A stretch of DNA of 54,964 bases from Arthrobacter sp. (GTDB lineage: Bacteria > Actinomycetota > Actinomycetes > Actinomycetales > Micrococcaceae). The stretch is taken from contig DATCVX010000098.1 of assembly GCA_036566705.1 (NCBI GenBank), positions 1-54,964 on the forward strand, read 5' to 3'. Position 1 is the first letter of the stretch. Each line of letters starts with the position of its first letter. Under the pieces are notes generated by a model. It made no database searches, was not told the origin of the DNA, and saw only the letters and a list, made by a program, of their open reading frames with translations. This document shows positions 19,265-29,622 of the stretch, one piece after another. The position numbers and the translations under genes are program-made.

Positions 19265-21663
19265 CTCTCCTGGTTCTCGGCCGCGGCGATCACCCGAACG
19301 GTCTTGAGGTACGTGTCGGGGTTGAGCGAAATGGAATCGATGCCCTCCTTCACCAGGAACTCCGCGAAGTCCGGGTGGTTGCTGGGGCCCTGGCCGCAGA
19401 TGCCGATTTTGATCCCGGCCGCGTGCGCCTTGCCGATGACCTCCGCGATCATTGACGTCACCGCTTCGTCCCTTTCGTCAAAAAGCCCTGCCAACTGTTC
19501 GGAGTCGCGGTCAACACCCAGGACAAGCTGTGTCAGGTCATTGGACCCGATGGAGAATCCGTCGAAGCGCCGCGCGAACTCCGACGCGAGGATGACATTC
19601 GAAGGGATCTCACACATCATGTAGATCTGCAGTCCCTCCTCACCACGGACCAGCCCGTTTCCTGCCATCTCGTTGAGCACCAGATCGGCCTCGTGGAGTG
19701 TACGGCAGAAGGGAACCATCACAATGACGTTGGCGAATCCAAGCTTCTCGCGCACGCGTTTCAGGGCCCGGCACTCCAGGGCGAAACCTTCCCTGTACCG
19801 CTTGTCGTAATAGCGTGAAGCGCCCCGGAAGCCCAGCATGGGATTCTCTTCGGCAACTTCGAAGGAGCCACCTCCGATCAGGTGTGCGTATTCGTTGCTC
19901 TTGAAGTCGCTGAGCCTGACGATCACCGGGTGCGGATGGTAAGTCGCCGCGATCTTGGCGATGCCCGTGGCGAGGGCGTCGACGAAGTATTCACGCAGGT
20001 CACTGTAGCCGTGCGTGAGCTCCCTGATGCGTGCAGCCTCGCCGAAGTCAGTGACCCGTTCGGGATGGACCAGTGCCATGGGATGGATCCGGATGAGGTT
20101 GCTGATGATGAATTCCATCCGTGCCAGGCCCACGCCGGCCGCTGGCAGCCGCCACCACTGGAAGGCAGCCGAAGGGCTGGCGACGTTGACCATGACGGCT
20201 GTCCGGGTTTTCGGCAACGCCCCGAGGTCAACCTCTTCAACGTCGAAAGCGAGGGTGCCGTCGTAGACCTCCCCGTCCTCACCGCCCGCGCAGGAAAGTG
20301 TGATGGGCATTCCGTCCTCAAGGACGGACGTGCCGTTTCCTGTCCCCACCACGGCGGGCACGCCCAGTTCCCTGCTCACGATCGCGGCATGGCTCGTGGG
20401 GCCACCGTGGTCGGTGACGATGCCGGCGGCGCGCTGCATAATGGGAACCCAGTCAGGGTCGGTCATTTGGGTTACCAGGATGGAGCCGTCCCGGAATTTG
20501 TCGATGTCCCGCGCATCCCGGACCACACAGGCGGAGCCGTGTGCGATCGATTCACCGATCGCCGCACCCGAGGCAAGCCGGGGGCCCGATTCGCGGAGGT
20601 GGTAGATGCGGAAGACGGACCCGCTCCGCCGCGCCTGCACCGTCTCCGGCCGTGCCTGAACCATAAAAAGTTCGCCGGTGGTCCCGTCTTTGGCCCACTC
20701 CATGTCCATCGGACAGCCATAGTGGTCCTCCACCGCCACGGCCCAGCGCGCGAGGGTCAAAATCTCCGGATCAGTGAGTACAAGGGAGGTGCGCTCCTGG
20801 TCTGTCGTGAAAATGGTACGTGTACGTGCGTGCCCGCCGCGGCTGTATACCATCTTCCGGAGTTTCGTCCCGTTCGTTTTCTCGATAATAGGTACAAATT
20901 GTGGCGTGGACAGCAGCGGCTTGAAGACCTGGTACTTATCGGGATTGATGGTCCCCTGGACCACAGTTTCGCCCAGCCCCCATGCGGCGCTGATCAGGAC
21001 GCTGCGCGGGAAACCCGATTCTGTGTCGATGGAAAACATCACTCCCGATGCGCCAAGGTCTGAACGCACCATCCTTTGGACGCCGATGGACAGTGCTACG
21101 TCCAGATGGTTGAAGCCCTTGATTTCCCGGTAGCTGATGGCCCGATCGGTAAACAGGGAGGCGTAACACCGCCTGCAGGCCTCCATCAACTCCCGCTCGC
21201 CGGCGACATTAAGGAAGGTTTCCTGCTGGCCGGCGAAACTCGCATCCGGAAGGTCCTCGGCCGTTGCGCTGCTGCGTACGGCAACCGAGGCCCGGGCCTG
21301 TCCTGTCCGCTGGGACAATGCCTTGTAATGGTCCCTGATATCGGCGGCGATGGCCGGCGGAAACTCCCCTCCAAGAATGAGTTCCCGGATGGCTTCGCCT
21401 GCTTCGCGAAGACTTGTCCGGCCTGCCCGGAACCCATCGATCGAGGCGCGTATCCCCGGTTCGATGCCGTTGGCGGCGACGAACGCCCGGTAGGCGGTGG
21501 CCGTGGTGGCGAAGCCTTCCGGTACCCGGACGCCCGAGTTTCTCAGGGAGCGTGTCAGCTCACCCAGCGATGCGTTCTTGCCACCCACGGCCGGCACATC
21601 ACCCATCCCTACATCTTCCAGCCACACCACGTGAACGTCAGTCATCGTCGTCAGTGCATTCAT
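19261..21663 (-). CDS. ppsA: Phosphoenolpyruvate synthase
   Basis: 'VGGKNASLGE', 'VRSSATAEDLPDASFAGQQET', phospho-His 'TSHAAIVSRE', 'IGSNDLTQ'; start set at ATG 21663. Confidence 0.95.
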   Translation of the reverse strand: MNALTTMTDVHVVWLEDVGMGDVPAVGGKNASLGELTRSLRNSGVRVPEGFATTATAYRAFVAANGIEPGIRASIDGFRAGRTSLREAGEAIRELILGGEFPPAIAADIRDHYKALSQRTGQARASVAVRSSATAEDLPDASFAGQQETFLNVAGERELMEACRRCYASLFTDRAISYREIKGFNHLDVALSIGVQRMVRSDLGASGVMFSIDTESGFPRSVLISAAWGLGETVVQGTINPDKYQVFKPLLSTPQFVPIIEKTNGTKLRKMVYSRGGHARTRTIFTTDQERTSLVLTDPEILTLARWAVAVEDHYGCPMDMEWAKDGTTGELFMVQARPETVQARRSGSVFRIYHLRESGPRLASGAAIGESIAHGSACVVRDARDIDKFRDGSILVTQMTDPDWVPIMQRAAGIVTDHGGPTSHAAIVSRELGVPAVVGTGNGTSVLEDGMPITLSCAGGEDGEVYDGTLAFDVEEVDLGALPKTRTAVMVNVASPSAAFQWWRLPAAGVGLARMEFIISNLIRIHPMALVHPERVTDFGEAARIRELTHGYSDLREYFVDALATGIAKIAATYHPHPVIVRLSDFKSNEYAHLIGGGSFEVAEENPMLGFRGASRYYDKRYREGFALECRALKRVREKLGFANVIVMVPFCRTLHEADLVLNEMAGNGLVRGEEGLQIYMMCEIPSNVILASEFARRFDGFSIGSNDLTQLVLGVDRDSEQLAGLFDERDEAVTSMIAEVIGKAHAAGIKIGICGQGPSNHPDFAEFLVKEGIDSISLNPDTYLKTVRVIAAAENQER

Positions 21664-21698
21664 GGCTCGATCCTGCCCGGTGCGCCACAGCAGCAGCA

Positions 21699-21712
21699 GA
21701 GGCTTTGGTCCC
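21699..21712. promoter_or_regulatory. DosR-box-like site GAGGCTTTGGTCCC (GGGACCAAAGCCTC on - strand)
   Basis: Centred 42.5 nt upstream of the ppsA ATG. Confidence 0.65.
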
Positions 21713-21736
21713 GCGGACTCCCGGCCGGGGATGGCA

Positions 21737-24328
21737 CTATCCAGCGTTATGTCCCCGCCGACGCAGCCTTTTATAAGCCCAGTCGGCCGCGAACACGGAA
21801 GGAACAGCCAGGGCCGCGACGGCGAACCCCACAGGGGGCGGCGGGACGTGACCCAGCACGCCGGCAATGGGAACCACGTAGAGGCACATGGTCAAGGCAC
21901 CGATTTCTGCCACCACGGCCCAGAGCAGCAGCCGGTTGCTCAACCAGCCCTGCTTCCATGGCGGCAGGGTGGCGCTGCGGCAGGCGAAGGCATTTGCGAG
22001 CTGGCCAAGCACGACGGCGCTGAAGGCCGCTCCGGACGCTGCCATCACCAGTCCGGCATCCTGCGGGCCTCCGCGCGTCCACCCGCCGCCGAACAGCACC
22101 ACGGAAAACGCCGTCATTTCAATGACGGCCTCCACCGGGCCGAGCACACAGAACACCCGGAACATGAGCCGGCGGTCCATGAGGTGCCGCCTTTCAGGTG
22201 GCCGCTTCAGCACTCCCTTTCCTGGCGGTTCCCCGCCAAGGGCGAGTGCGGGAAGGAGGTCGGTGCCGATATCGAGGGCGAGGATCTGAAGCACACCGAG
22301 CGCGAGCGGAAACTGGCCACCGGACAAGGCCCAGACGACGAAGGGCGTGAGCTCGGCAACATTGTCAGTCAGGTGGTATGTCAGGAAACGGTGAATGTTG
22401 GAGTACGTGGCCCGGCCCTGTTCGATGGCAGCGACGATCGTGGCGAAGTGGTCGTCCAGGAGAACCAGGTCGGATGCTTCACGCGCAACGTCAGTTCCGC
22501 TGAGTCCCATGGCCACGCCGATGTCGGCCTCCTGCAGCGCGGGACCGTCGTTAACGCCGTCGCCCGTCATGGCCACGATGTGGCCGCGTCCCTGCAGGGC
22601 CTTGGCCACCCGCAACTTCTGCTCCGGGGAGACCCTGCTCACCACGATGCCATCCCGGTCGAGCAACGCACCCAGAACCTGTTCGTCTTCAGGAAACTGC
22701 GATCCTTCCAGAACCAGTTCAGGGGACCCCATGAGACCGATTTCCCGTGCTATCGCAGCAGCCGTTGCGGGATGGTCGCCAGTGATCATCCCGACCCTGA
22801 TGCCGGCTTCGCGGGCAGTCCGGATCACCTCGCCCACGTCCGGCCTGGGCGGGTCGTGGAGGGCGATCAGCCCCAGCAGGGCAAGCTCCACTTCAGCCTC
22901 CTCGGGAAGGCGCCCCAGCCAGTCCTGCACCGGACCGGGCAGTTCACGCGTAGCGACCGCCATAACCCGCAGCCCCCGTGCAGCCATCACTTCCACTTCC
23001 TCCGCCGCAGCGCCCGTGGACTCTCCGCAGAGCGGCAGGACCGATTCAGGCGCCCCCTTAACAAAGAGCGTGGTGCCGACAATGACCGATTCGCGGCGAC
23101 GACGGGGATCAAACGCGAACCGCCGCGCGGGCGTGGCAGACTCCTGTGCGGACGCGGAAAGCCGGCGGGCCAGGACATCGATTGCTGCCTCCATCGGATC
23201 GCCCACTGTCCTCCACTCAGTTCCGTGGAGAACGGCTCTGCCCTGGGAGGCGGCCCGTGCCGCGAGCGCTGTTCTGGTGGCCGCGGATATCGCGGTTCCC
23301 TCTATGTCGGCATCAGGCTGGTAACCTTCGCCCGTAACCTTCACCCGGCCCTCGGCTGTAAAGACTTCGACGGCGTTCATCCGGTTCTGCGTCAGGGTTC
23401 CTGTCTTGTCGGTACAGATGAAAGTGGTGGACCCCAGAGTCTCCACGGCCTCCAGATTACGGACCAGGGCGTTCCGCGCCGCCATCCGTTGGGCGCCCAT
23501 GGCCAGTGAAAGAGTGACGGTGGGCAGAAGCCCCTCGGGGACCAAGGCAACGGCGACGCCGATGGCGAAGAGGAAAGCATCACGCCAGGGGATGCCCACC
23601 AGCAAGGACACAAGGAAGAAGAACCCGGCGACGGCAAGCGCGACCGTCGCTATGAGACGGACGATCCGGCGCAGCTCTCGGGCCAGTGGTGTCGGCGGAG
23701 ACACGGTCCCGCTGGTCAATGCTGCGATTCCGGCAAGCCGCGTACTTCCGCCTGTCTGGGACACCACGGCGTCCGCTTGTCCGTTGACGAGGAACGTCCC
23801 GCCCCAGGCGCTGTCCCCGGTGGCCTTCGGCACAGCTTCGCTTTCGCCTGTCAGCATGGACTCGTCCACCGCACAACCGGAGGCAACGGCCAGGACAACG
23901 TCGGCGGGCACCCTGTCACCGGCCGTCAGAATGACGGCGTCACCCGGGACCAGTTCGCTGGTGTGAACTCTCAGGACGTGTCCATCACGACGGACGGAGA
24001 CGTCAGCGGGCAGCAGCGCGCGCAGTTTTGCGGCCGCGTGCTGGGCACGTTCCTGCTGGACGTGGGCGAAGATCCCGTTAATGAGAACCACCACGATGAT
24101 GGCGACCCCCAGCTCCGGCAGCCCTCCGATGAAGGCAAGTGCGGCAGCGCACCACAGCATCAGCGCAAAAAAATGGGTCAACTCGGCCAGGAGCTTGCGC
24201 CATTGTGGAACCGACTTCGCTGCCGGGAGAACGTTTGGCCCCGATGCCTGCAGCAATGCTGCGGCACGTTCAGAACTCAGACCGGTTGCATCCGGCCCGG
24301 ATCGAGGCGGCCCCGCTCGTTGCGCCAA
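21737..24328 (-). CDS. Cation-transporting P2-type ATPase (CtpF-like)
   Basis: TGES, VPEGL, DKTGTLTQNRM, KGAPE, DPPR, GDGVND; start set at TTG 24328 after GGAG (uncertain). Confidence 0.92.
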   Translation of the reverse strand: MAQRAGPPRSGPDATGLSSERAAALLQASGPNVLPAAKSVPQWRKLLAELTHFFALMLWCAAALAFIGGLPELGVAIIVVVLINGIFAHVQQERAQHAAAKLRALLPADVSVRRDGHVLRVHTSELVPGDAVILTAGDRVPADVVLAVASGCAVDESMLTGESEAVPKATGDSAWGGTFLVNGQADAVVSQTGGSTRLAGIAALTSGTVSPPTPLARELRRIVRLIATVALAVAGFFFLVSLLVGIPWRDAFLFAIGVAVALVPEGLLPTVTLSLAMGAQRMAARNALVRNLEAVETLGSTTFICTDKTGTLTQNRMNAVEVFTAEGRVKVTGEGYQPDADIEGTAISAATRTALAARAASQGRAVLHGTEWRTVGDPMEAAIDVLARRLSASAQESATPARRFAFDPRRRRESVIVGTTLFVKGAPESVLPLCGESTGAAAEEVEVMAARGLRVMAVATRELPGPVQDWLGRLPEEAEVELALLGLIALHDPPRPDVGEVIRTAREAGIRVGMITGDHPATAAAIAREIGLMGSPELVLEGSQFPEDEQVLGALLDRDGIVVSRVSPEQKLRVAKALQGRGHIVAMTGDGVNDGPALQEADIGVAMGLSGTDVAREASDLVLLDDHFATIVAAIEQGRATYSNIHRFLTYHLTDNVAELTPFVVWALSGGQFPLALGVLQILALDIGTDLLPALALGGEPPGKGVLKRPPERRHLMDRRLMFRVFCVLGPVEAVIEMTAFSVVLFGGGWTRGGPQDAGLVMAASGAAFSAVVLGQLANAFACRSATLPPWKQGWLSNRLLLWAVVAEIGALTMCLYVVPIAGVLGHVPPPPVGFAVAALAVPSVFAADWAYKRLRRRGHNAG

Positions 24329-24393
24329 TGCTGCTCCAAATTCGACGAAGTCTGGTTCGTTGACAGGCTGCACCACGTGGGCCGAAGCGTCCA

Positions 24394-24458
24394 GTGCCAA
24401 AGGTCATGGTCGGGGAGGCTGATGCGGAACCCTCGCCGAGTAACGTGCCATTGGACCC
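24394..24458. promoter_or_regulatory. Two DosR-box-like sites (GTGCCAAAGGTCAT 24394-24407; GTGCCATTGGACCC 24445-24458)
   Basis: Divergent ATPase/USP region; degenerate matches with the 14-bp spacing kept. Confidence 0.5.
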
Positions 24459-24528
24459 TGTTCGCCAAAAGCAGCCGGGACCATGCTTTGAGGAAGCCCA
24501 GGCACGTACGGCATTCGAGGAGTGGATC

Positions 24529-24981
24529 ATGGCCAATGCCGCTGAGGAGAATGTCGTCGTCGGCGTTGACGGTTCTGACGCATCCATCGAAGCCCTGCGC
24601 CTGGGGTCCCGTTTGGCGCTGGCCCTTGGGACCAGCCTGGAGGCCTGGGCGTGCTGGGAGTATCCGGCCGGTTATGAGGGCTACCTGGCCATGGGAGTGG
24701 AAGGTTTCGCGCACGAAGCTGAGGAGAATCTGGAGCATGCGCTCGAGGAAGCTTTTGGCCCCGAGCGTCCGCGCCATATTGCTTCCAGGCTGGTCCACGG
24801 ATCGCCGCGGACGTCGTTGGTTGATGGAAGCCGGCACGCTTCGCTGCTTGTGGTCGGACGCCGCGGGCATGGCGGGTTTGCCGGCCTGCTGGTCGGATCG
24901 GTCAGCGCCGCCTGCGTGGCCCACGCGCACTGTCCTGTCCTTGTGGTGCACGCGCCCCGGGTGGTAGAGCAGACGGCGTAG
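24529..24981 (+). CDS. Universal stress protein
   Basis: 'VVVGVDGS', 'VVGRRGHGGFAGLLVGSVS...HCPVLVV'; SD GAGGAG before ATG 24529. Confidence 0.92.
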   Translation: MANAAEENVVVGVDGSDASIEALRLGSRLALALGTSLEAWACWEYPAGYEGYLAMGVEGFAHEAEENLEHALEEAFGPERPRHIASRLVHGSPRTSLVDGSRHASLLVVGRRGHGGFAGLLVGSVSAACVAHAHCPVLVVHAPRVVEQTA

Positions 24982-25012
24982 GTGATTCCCGCCGTCGTAC
25001 TGCTTCTCGTCT

Positions 25013-28000
25013 TTACCCCACTACCAGCTGGAATTGACGTGTATCGCCGGCGCCCAGAAGGTCCCGTTCGGATCCGACCTGCAGGCAGATGGCGGGAGCG
25101 TCTCCAGGAGCCGCTGAGACAGTCAGTTTCCCGTGTTCAAGGCTGATCGCCAGCAAATGGTCCCGGTAGCGGACATGGAATGACACCGTTCTTATCCCTT
25201 TGGGCATTTTCGGCGCAAAAAGGAGCGCGTCGCTGGTCATCCTGAGGCCGGCGAAGCTGCGCTGCACAACGTCGATGGTTCCTGCCATCGCCCCAAGGTG
25301 GATGCCTGTCCGCGTGGTGCCTCCCTGGGTGTCGTCAAGATCCGCTGCGAGCGCTTCACGGAAGGTATTCCACGCGCGCTCCGGATCCCTTGCCGCCAGC
25401 ACTGAGGCGTGGGCCACCCGGCTGAGGGTGGAGCCGTGCGCCGTGCGTGCCAGATAGTAGTCGACCGTCTTTTCGAGCTGCGCGGCGGACACGTCATATC
25501 CCAGGCTGGCCAGGAATAGTGTCAATTCCTGCTCACCCAGGACGTAGAGCAGCATAAGTACATCAGCCTGTTTGGCCAGCCGGTACCGGTTGGTGCTGTC
25601 CCCTTCGGCTTCGAGGATCAGGTCCAGGCGTTCGATGTTTATGTAGACGTTCCGGTAGTGCTCCCAGTCCAGTTCCTGCAATTCTTCGTAGCCGGCGAAC
25701 TGGCTGATGATGCCGTCATGGAATGGTACGAACATCCGGTTGCTGACATGCCGCCACCGTGCGATTTCCGAGGGGTCTATCGCCAGGCGTGCCTGGAGAT
25801 CCTCAAGGTCGTGCCCCTGGACCAGCGTCATGATTCCGCACGCTTGGGCGCAGACCCACGCGGCCATGACGTTCGTGTATGCGTTATCGTCAAGCCCCGC
25901 GGCACGGGTGTCCGGGTAGCCGCTGTGATATTCATCCGGTCCCATAACTCCTCGAAGATGGAACCTGTCGGCTTCCGGGTCGTATTCGACCAGGGAGGCC
26001 ACGAGCCGCGCCACCTCGAGGATCAGTTCCGCGCCGTGGCGCAGCAGCCATTCCCTGTCCTGCGTGGCCAGGAAATACTGCCAGGCGTTGAAGGCGACAG
26101 CGAGGCCTGCGTGCCTCTGAAGGTGGGTATGATCCGGGACCCACCGGCCAGACCGGCGGTTGAAGAGCCAGCGGGGAGTTTCCTCGCGCCCGTCACTGCC
26201 GCTCTGCCAAGGGAACAGCGCTCCGCGTAGCCCCAATGCTGCGGCGGCTTGCCGGGCTGCAGGAAGCCGGCGCCACCGGTAGTTGATGACGGAGCGGGCT
26301 ACGGAGGGCATCCTTGAGGTGAGGAGGGGCAGGACAAACAGCTCATCCCAGAAGATGTGGCCGCGGTAGCCCTCCCCGTGCAGCCCGCGGGCCGGGACGC
26401 CGGCGTCCAGTTCGGCGGTGTGCGGATTCAGCGTCTGAAGCAGGTGGAAAACATGCAGGTTCAGGATCAGCTGCACCTGTGGGCCGCCGTCGATATCGAT
26501 GGCGAACAGGCTAAGCAGCCTCCCCCATGAGTCCTCGTGCTCGGAGAGCAATTGCTCAAACGTTTGGCCGGCGGTCCTCAATACGTTCCCCGCTGCCAGT
26601 GCCGGCGAGGAAACTGCCCGGTCACGGGAGGTTGCCATGGCCGCAGTCCTGGTGACCACCACCGGCTCAGCATCGGTTAGCTGAATGTCCCAGGAGCGGA
26701 AGTAAACCCCATCCTCCTCACTTGGCTCACCGTTGCCGGTCTGTCCGGAGATTTCGGTGCGCAACGCGGTGGCGATCCTGATGTGGCTTTGGCTCGTTTC
26801 CACTTCAACAACCGGGATCGGTCCAGCCGGATCCGATACGCCCAGCCTGACCAAATGATGGTGGGCCAAAAGCGCATACTCCGGCACATTCTCGTTGCTG
26901 ATTTTGGAGTCCACTCCGCTGCGGATCACTGCGGACCCGCTCCAGCCCAGCGCCGTGAACGTTGACTGGAGGGCCATCAGGTGGGGTTGTGCCATCGACA
27001 CGAACCGGTGCTGGCCCACTGCCAACCGGCGGCCGTCGGGTGCTTCCAGCACCACTTCCCGTTCCAGGGTGGCCCGGCGCATGTCGAGCACCCGCCGTTC
27101 CCGGACAATCTTCAGGCCGCGCCGGGACCACCAGTCGGTTCCGTCCAGCCGGACGTCCAGCACCAGCCAGTTGGGCGCGTTCACCATATGCTCGTCTTCG
27201 ACATCCTGGCCTTGCACAGCACTCACCAGCCGGTTATAGACCCCGGCAAGGTACGTTCCGGGATAGTGCACCTTACTCTTCCTGCTCTCGGGAGCAGCGC
27301 CGCGAACAGCAAGATACCCGTTCCCGAGGGTCGTCAGTGCCTCCCGGTGCCCTTCATGGTCAGGATCGTAGCCCTCATAGATGAGGCGCCATGGGTCGGT
27401 AAGGACCCGGCCCAGGTCCAGTTGGCCTACGTCGGTCAGCACGACGTCGGCTCCCGCCGCTTCCAGTTCGGCTCTCCTGCCTCCCCTGTCGATGCCGACC
27501 ACCAGACCGAAGCCGCCGCGGCGGGCCGCCTCAACGCCGGCAGCGGCATCTTCGATGACCACCGCACGCGCGGGCGCAACTCCCAGGCGGTGCACTGTTT
27601 CGAGGAACACCGCGGGGTCAGGTTTACCCGGAAGTCCAAGCCCGCCGGCGATCACACCGGTCATGACCAGGTCGAAAGAGTCCGAGAGGCCTGCCGCAGC
27701 CAGGACGGCGGACGCATTGCGGCTTGATGTTGCCACGGCCACTGGGATCCGTTCCGTGTGCAGCCTTTCAATCAGCGCGGCCGTCCCCGGAAAGGTCCTG
27801 ACGCCGTCACGTGCCAGCCTTTCCTTAAACAGTTGGTCCTTGCGTTCGGCCATGCCGTGTACCGACCAGGCACCGGCGGCGTCCGCACGGCTGCCTGCGG
27901 GCAGGGTGACGCCCCGGGATGCGAGGAAAGCTGCCACACCGTCTTCCCGTGGCCTGCCATCCAAGTATTTCAGGTAGTCATCCCTGGTGAACGCATTCTT

Positions 28001-28162
28001 CTGTGCCTCCACGGGAAACCGGGGATCCTCCAGCACCTCATCGAAGAGTTGCCTCCATGCTGCCTCGTGGACAGACGCCGTGTCTGTCACGACGCCGTCC
28101 AGGTCGAAGATCACGGCGTCAAAGGGGGACAAGGCCGCGGAAGCGGTAGGTGAGGTAGTCAT
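25013..28162 (-). CDS. Beta-phosphoglucomutase-like HAD hydrolase fused to a GH65 (trehalose/maltose phosphorylase-like) domain
   Basis: HAD 'FDLDGVVTDT', 'GKPDP', 'IEDA'; GH65 'GNGYL..RG', 'HIFWDE', 'GPDEYH', 'KQAD', 'HGSTLS'; ATG 28162 overlaps the upstream stop (ATGA). Confidence 0.9.
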   Translation of the reverse strand: MTTSPTASAALSPFDAVIFDLDGVVTDTASVHEAAWRQLFDEVLEDPRFPVEAQKNAFTRDDYLKYLDGRPREDGVAAFLASRGVTLPAGSRADAAGAWSVHGMAERKDQLFKERLARDGVRTFPGTAALIERLHTERIPVAVATSSRNASAVLAAAGLSDSFDLVMTGVIAGGLGLPGKPDPAVFLETVHRLGVAPARAVVIEDAAAGVEAARRGGFGLVVGIDRGGRRAELEAAGADVVLTDVGQLDLGRVLTDPWRLIYEGYDPDHEGHREALTTLGNGYLAVRGAAPESRKSKVHYPGTYLAGVYNRLVSAVQGQDVEDEHMVNAPNWLVLDVRLDGTDWWSRRGLKIVRERRVLDMRRATLEREVVLEAPDGRRLAVGQHRFVSMAQPHLMALQSTFTALGWSGSAVIRSGVDSKISNENVPEYALLAHHHLVRLGVSDPAGPIPVVEVETSQSHIRIATALRTEISGQTGNGEPSEEDGVYFRSWDIQLTDAEPVVVTRTAAMATSRDRAVSSPALAAGNVLRTAGQTFEQLLSEHEDSWGRLLSLFAIDIDGGPQVQLILNLHVFHLLQTLNPHTAELDAGVPARGLHGEGYRGHIFWDELFVLPLLTSRMPSVARSVINYRWRRLPAARQAAAALGLRGALFPWQSGSDGREETPRWLFNRRSGRWVPDHTHLQRHAGLAVAFNAWQYFLATQDREWLLRHGAELILEVARLVASLVEYDPEADRFHLRGVMGPDEYHSGYPDTRAAGLDDNAYTNVMAAWVCAQACGIMTLVQGHDLEDLQARLAIDPSEIARWRHVSNRMFVPFHDGIISQFAGYEELQELDWEHYRNVYINIERLDLILEAEGDSTNRYRLAKQADVLMLLYVLGEQELTLFLASLGYDVSAAQLEKTVDYYLARTAHGSTLSRVAHASVLAARDPERAWNTFREALAADLDDTQGGTTRTGIHLGAMAGTIDVVQRSFAGLRMTSDALLFAPKMPKGIRTVSFHVRYRDHLLAISLEHGKLTVSAAPGDAPAICLQVGSERDLLGAGDTRQFQLVVG

Positions 28163-29529
28163 GGCCGGCTTCCGCCGGCCGCCCATGCGCGCACAAACGG
28201 TGCCTTGCCCAGCGGTGTCCGTTTTACCTGTTCGACCACGCGTACCTCCAGCGGCAGCTCTGGAACTCCTGCCGCGGTGAGTGCGCCGGCCACTGCTGCC
28301 CGGACGCCCTCCGTTGTGGCCCCAGGAGCGAGGCCCACAAGAAGTATCCGCAAGCGCCCGGGTTCCTGGATAACCTGCCATCCGGAGGAAGCGGCCTGGT
28401 CCAGGACGCGGTGGAACACATTGGGATGGATATTGACGGTGCCTTGCCTGCCGGGCAACCGCAGGACGTCCTCAAGCCGCCCTTCAATATTTTCCAGCAG
28501 GGTAAAGGACCGTCCGCAAAGGCAGCCGCGCCCGCCCAGGCTAATGGAGTCGGAGATCTCGTAGCGGATCAGCGGCAGGGTCCGGGAGAACAGGACGCTG
28601 ACCAGAATCCTGGCCCCGGTGGTTCCGGCCGGCACCGCGGCGCCGGACTGGTCTACGGCTTCAACGATGAGCAGGTCCTCGTAGACGTGGCGCTTCCGGT
28701 ACCGGCAGGGGGAAGCGATGCCGGCTGTTTCGGTGGCGGCGTAGACATCGAAGGGGGCCGTTCCCCACGCCGCTTCAAGGTCCGCGGCTGCCTGCCGTGT
28801 CAGCACCTCCGAGGCGGACATCACCCCACGGGGGAAGATGCGGAGGCGCCCGGCCAGCTGTTCGGCGGCAAGGGGCAGGAGGCCGGAGGCGTAGCCGACA
28901 AGTACGCGGGGCTGGAAGTTGTTCAGGACCTCCACCGTCTCCCGGATCGGGGTGGTGACGTCGAGGCGGAGCACGGGAACCAGCGCCGAACGGAGCGAAG
29001 CGCCGACTACCGCGGACTGGTGGGTGGGCACGAGGGAACTGACCAGGGCAACCTTCAGGGGCCGGCTGAGTCCGGCAGGTATTCCGGCCCAGTCATAAGC
29101 ACGCGCATAGGAGGCCAGGACGGTGGCCCACTCGGCACGGTTCCAAAGAAAGGTTCCACGCCGCCCGGTGGTTCCGGCTGTCGCTGCGGCCCACCAGCGT
29201 CCCTGCCAGGGCATTCCCGGGTCTCCCCCACCCTGCGCCAGGGACCGAAGATGTTCTTCAACCAGTGCACGAGTGAGTCCGCGGACTGTGACGGCGTCGT
29301 CGAAGTTCTCCATCAGGTCAGCTTTGGTCACAGGCGGCAGCTGATCCAGTGGAGCGTCGAAAAGTCCGGCGTGGTGGCGGCGGTAGAACGCGGACCCTGC
29401 ATAGGCTGCGTTCCGCAGTCCAGTCAGGGCCGCCTGCTGGTGTTCCGTAATCCTCGCCGCATCCCAGCGGTCCCGCTGCCGCCATGCGGCCCGGAGGTAT
29501 AGCACCCGGGGGACAAGGCGAAGGTCCAT
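28159..29529 (-). CDS. Phenylacetate-CoA ligase (PaaK/CapK-like) family adenylate-forming protein
   Basis: 'LPPVTKADLMENFD', P-loop 'TAGTTG', 'DVYAATET', 'PLIRYEISD', 'EGRLED', 'GKA'; start set at ATG 29529. Confidence 0.82.
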   Translation of the reverse strand: MDLRLVPRVLYLRAAWRQRDRWDAARITEHQQAALTGLRNAAYAGSAFYRRHHAGLFDAPLDQLPPVTKADLMENFDDAVTVRGLTRALVEEHLRSLAQGGGDPGMPWQGRWWAAATAGTTGRRGTFLWNRAEWATVLASYARAYDWAGIPAGLSRPLKVALVSSLVPTHQSAVVGASLRSALVPVLRLDVTTPIRETVEVLNNFQPRVLVGYASGLLPLAAEQLAGRLRIFPRGVMSASEVLTRQAAADLEAAWGTAPFDVYAATETAGIASPCRYRKRHVYEDLLIVEAVDQSGAAVPAGTTGARILVSVLFSRTLPLIRYEISDSISLGGRGCLCGRSFTLLENIEGRLEDVLRLPGRQGTVNIHPNVFHRVLDQAASSGWQVIQEPGRLRILLVGLAPGATTEGVRAAVAGALTAAGVPELPLEVRVVEQVKRTPLGKAPFVRAWAAGGSRP

Positions 29530-29622
29530 GGCACGGTCACCCGGCGGCGGCCGGCCGGGGCCGGAGGCAGCGGACCCATGGTCCGGGCAGGCCGGCCTTG
29601 TTGGGGTTGGACGATTCAAGCC

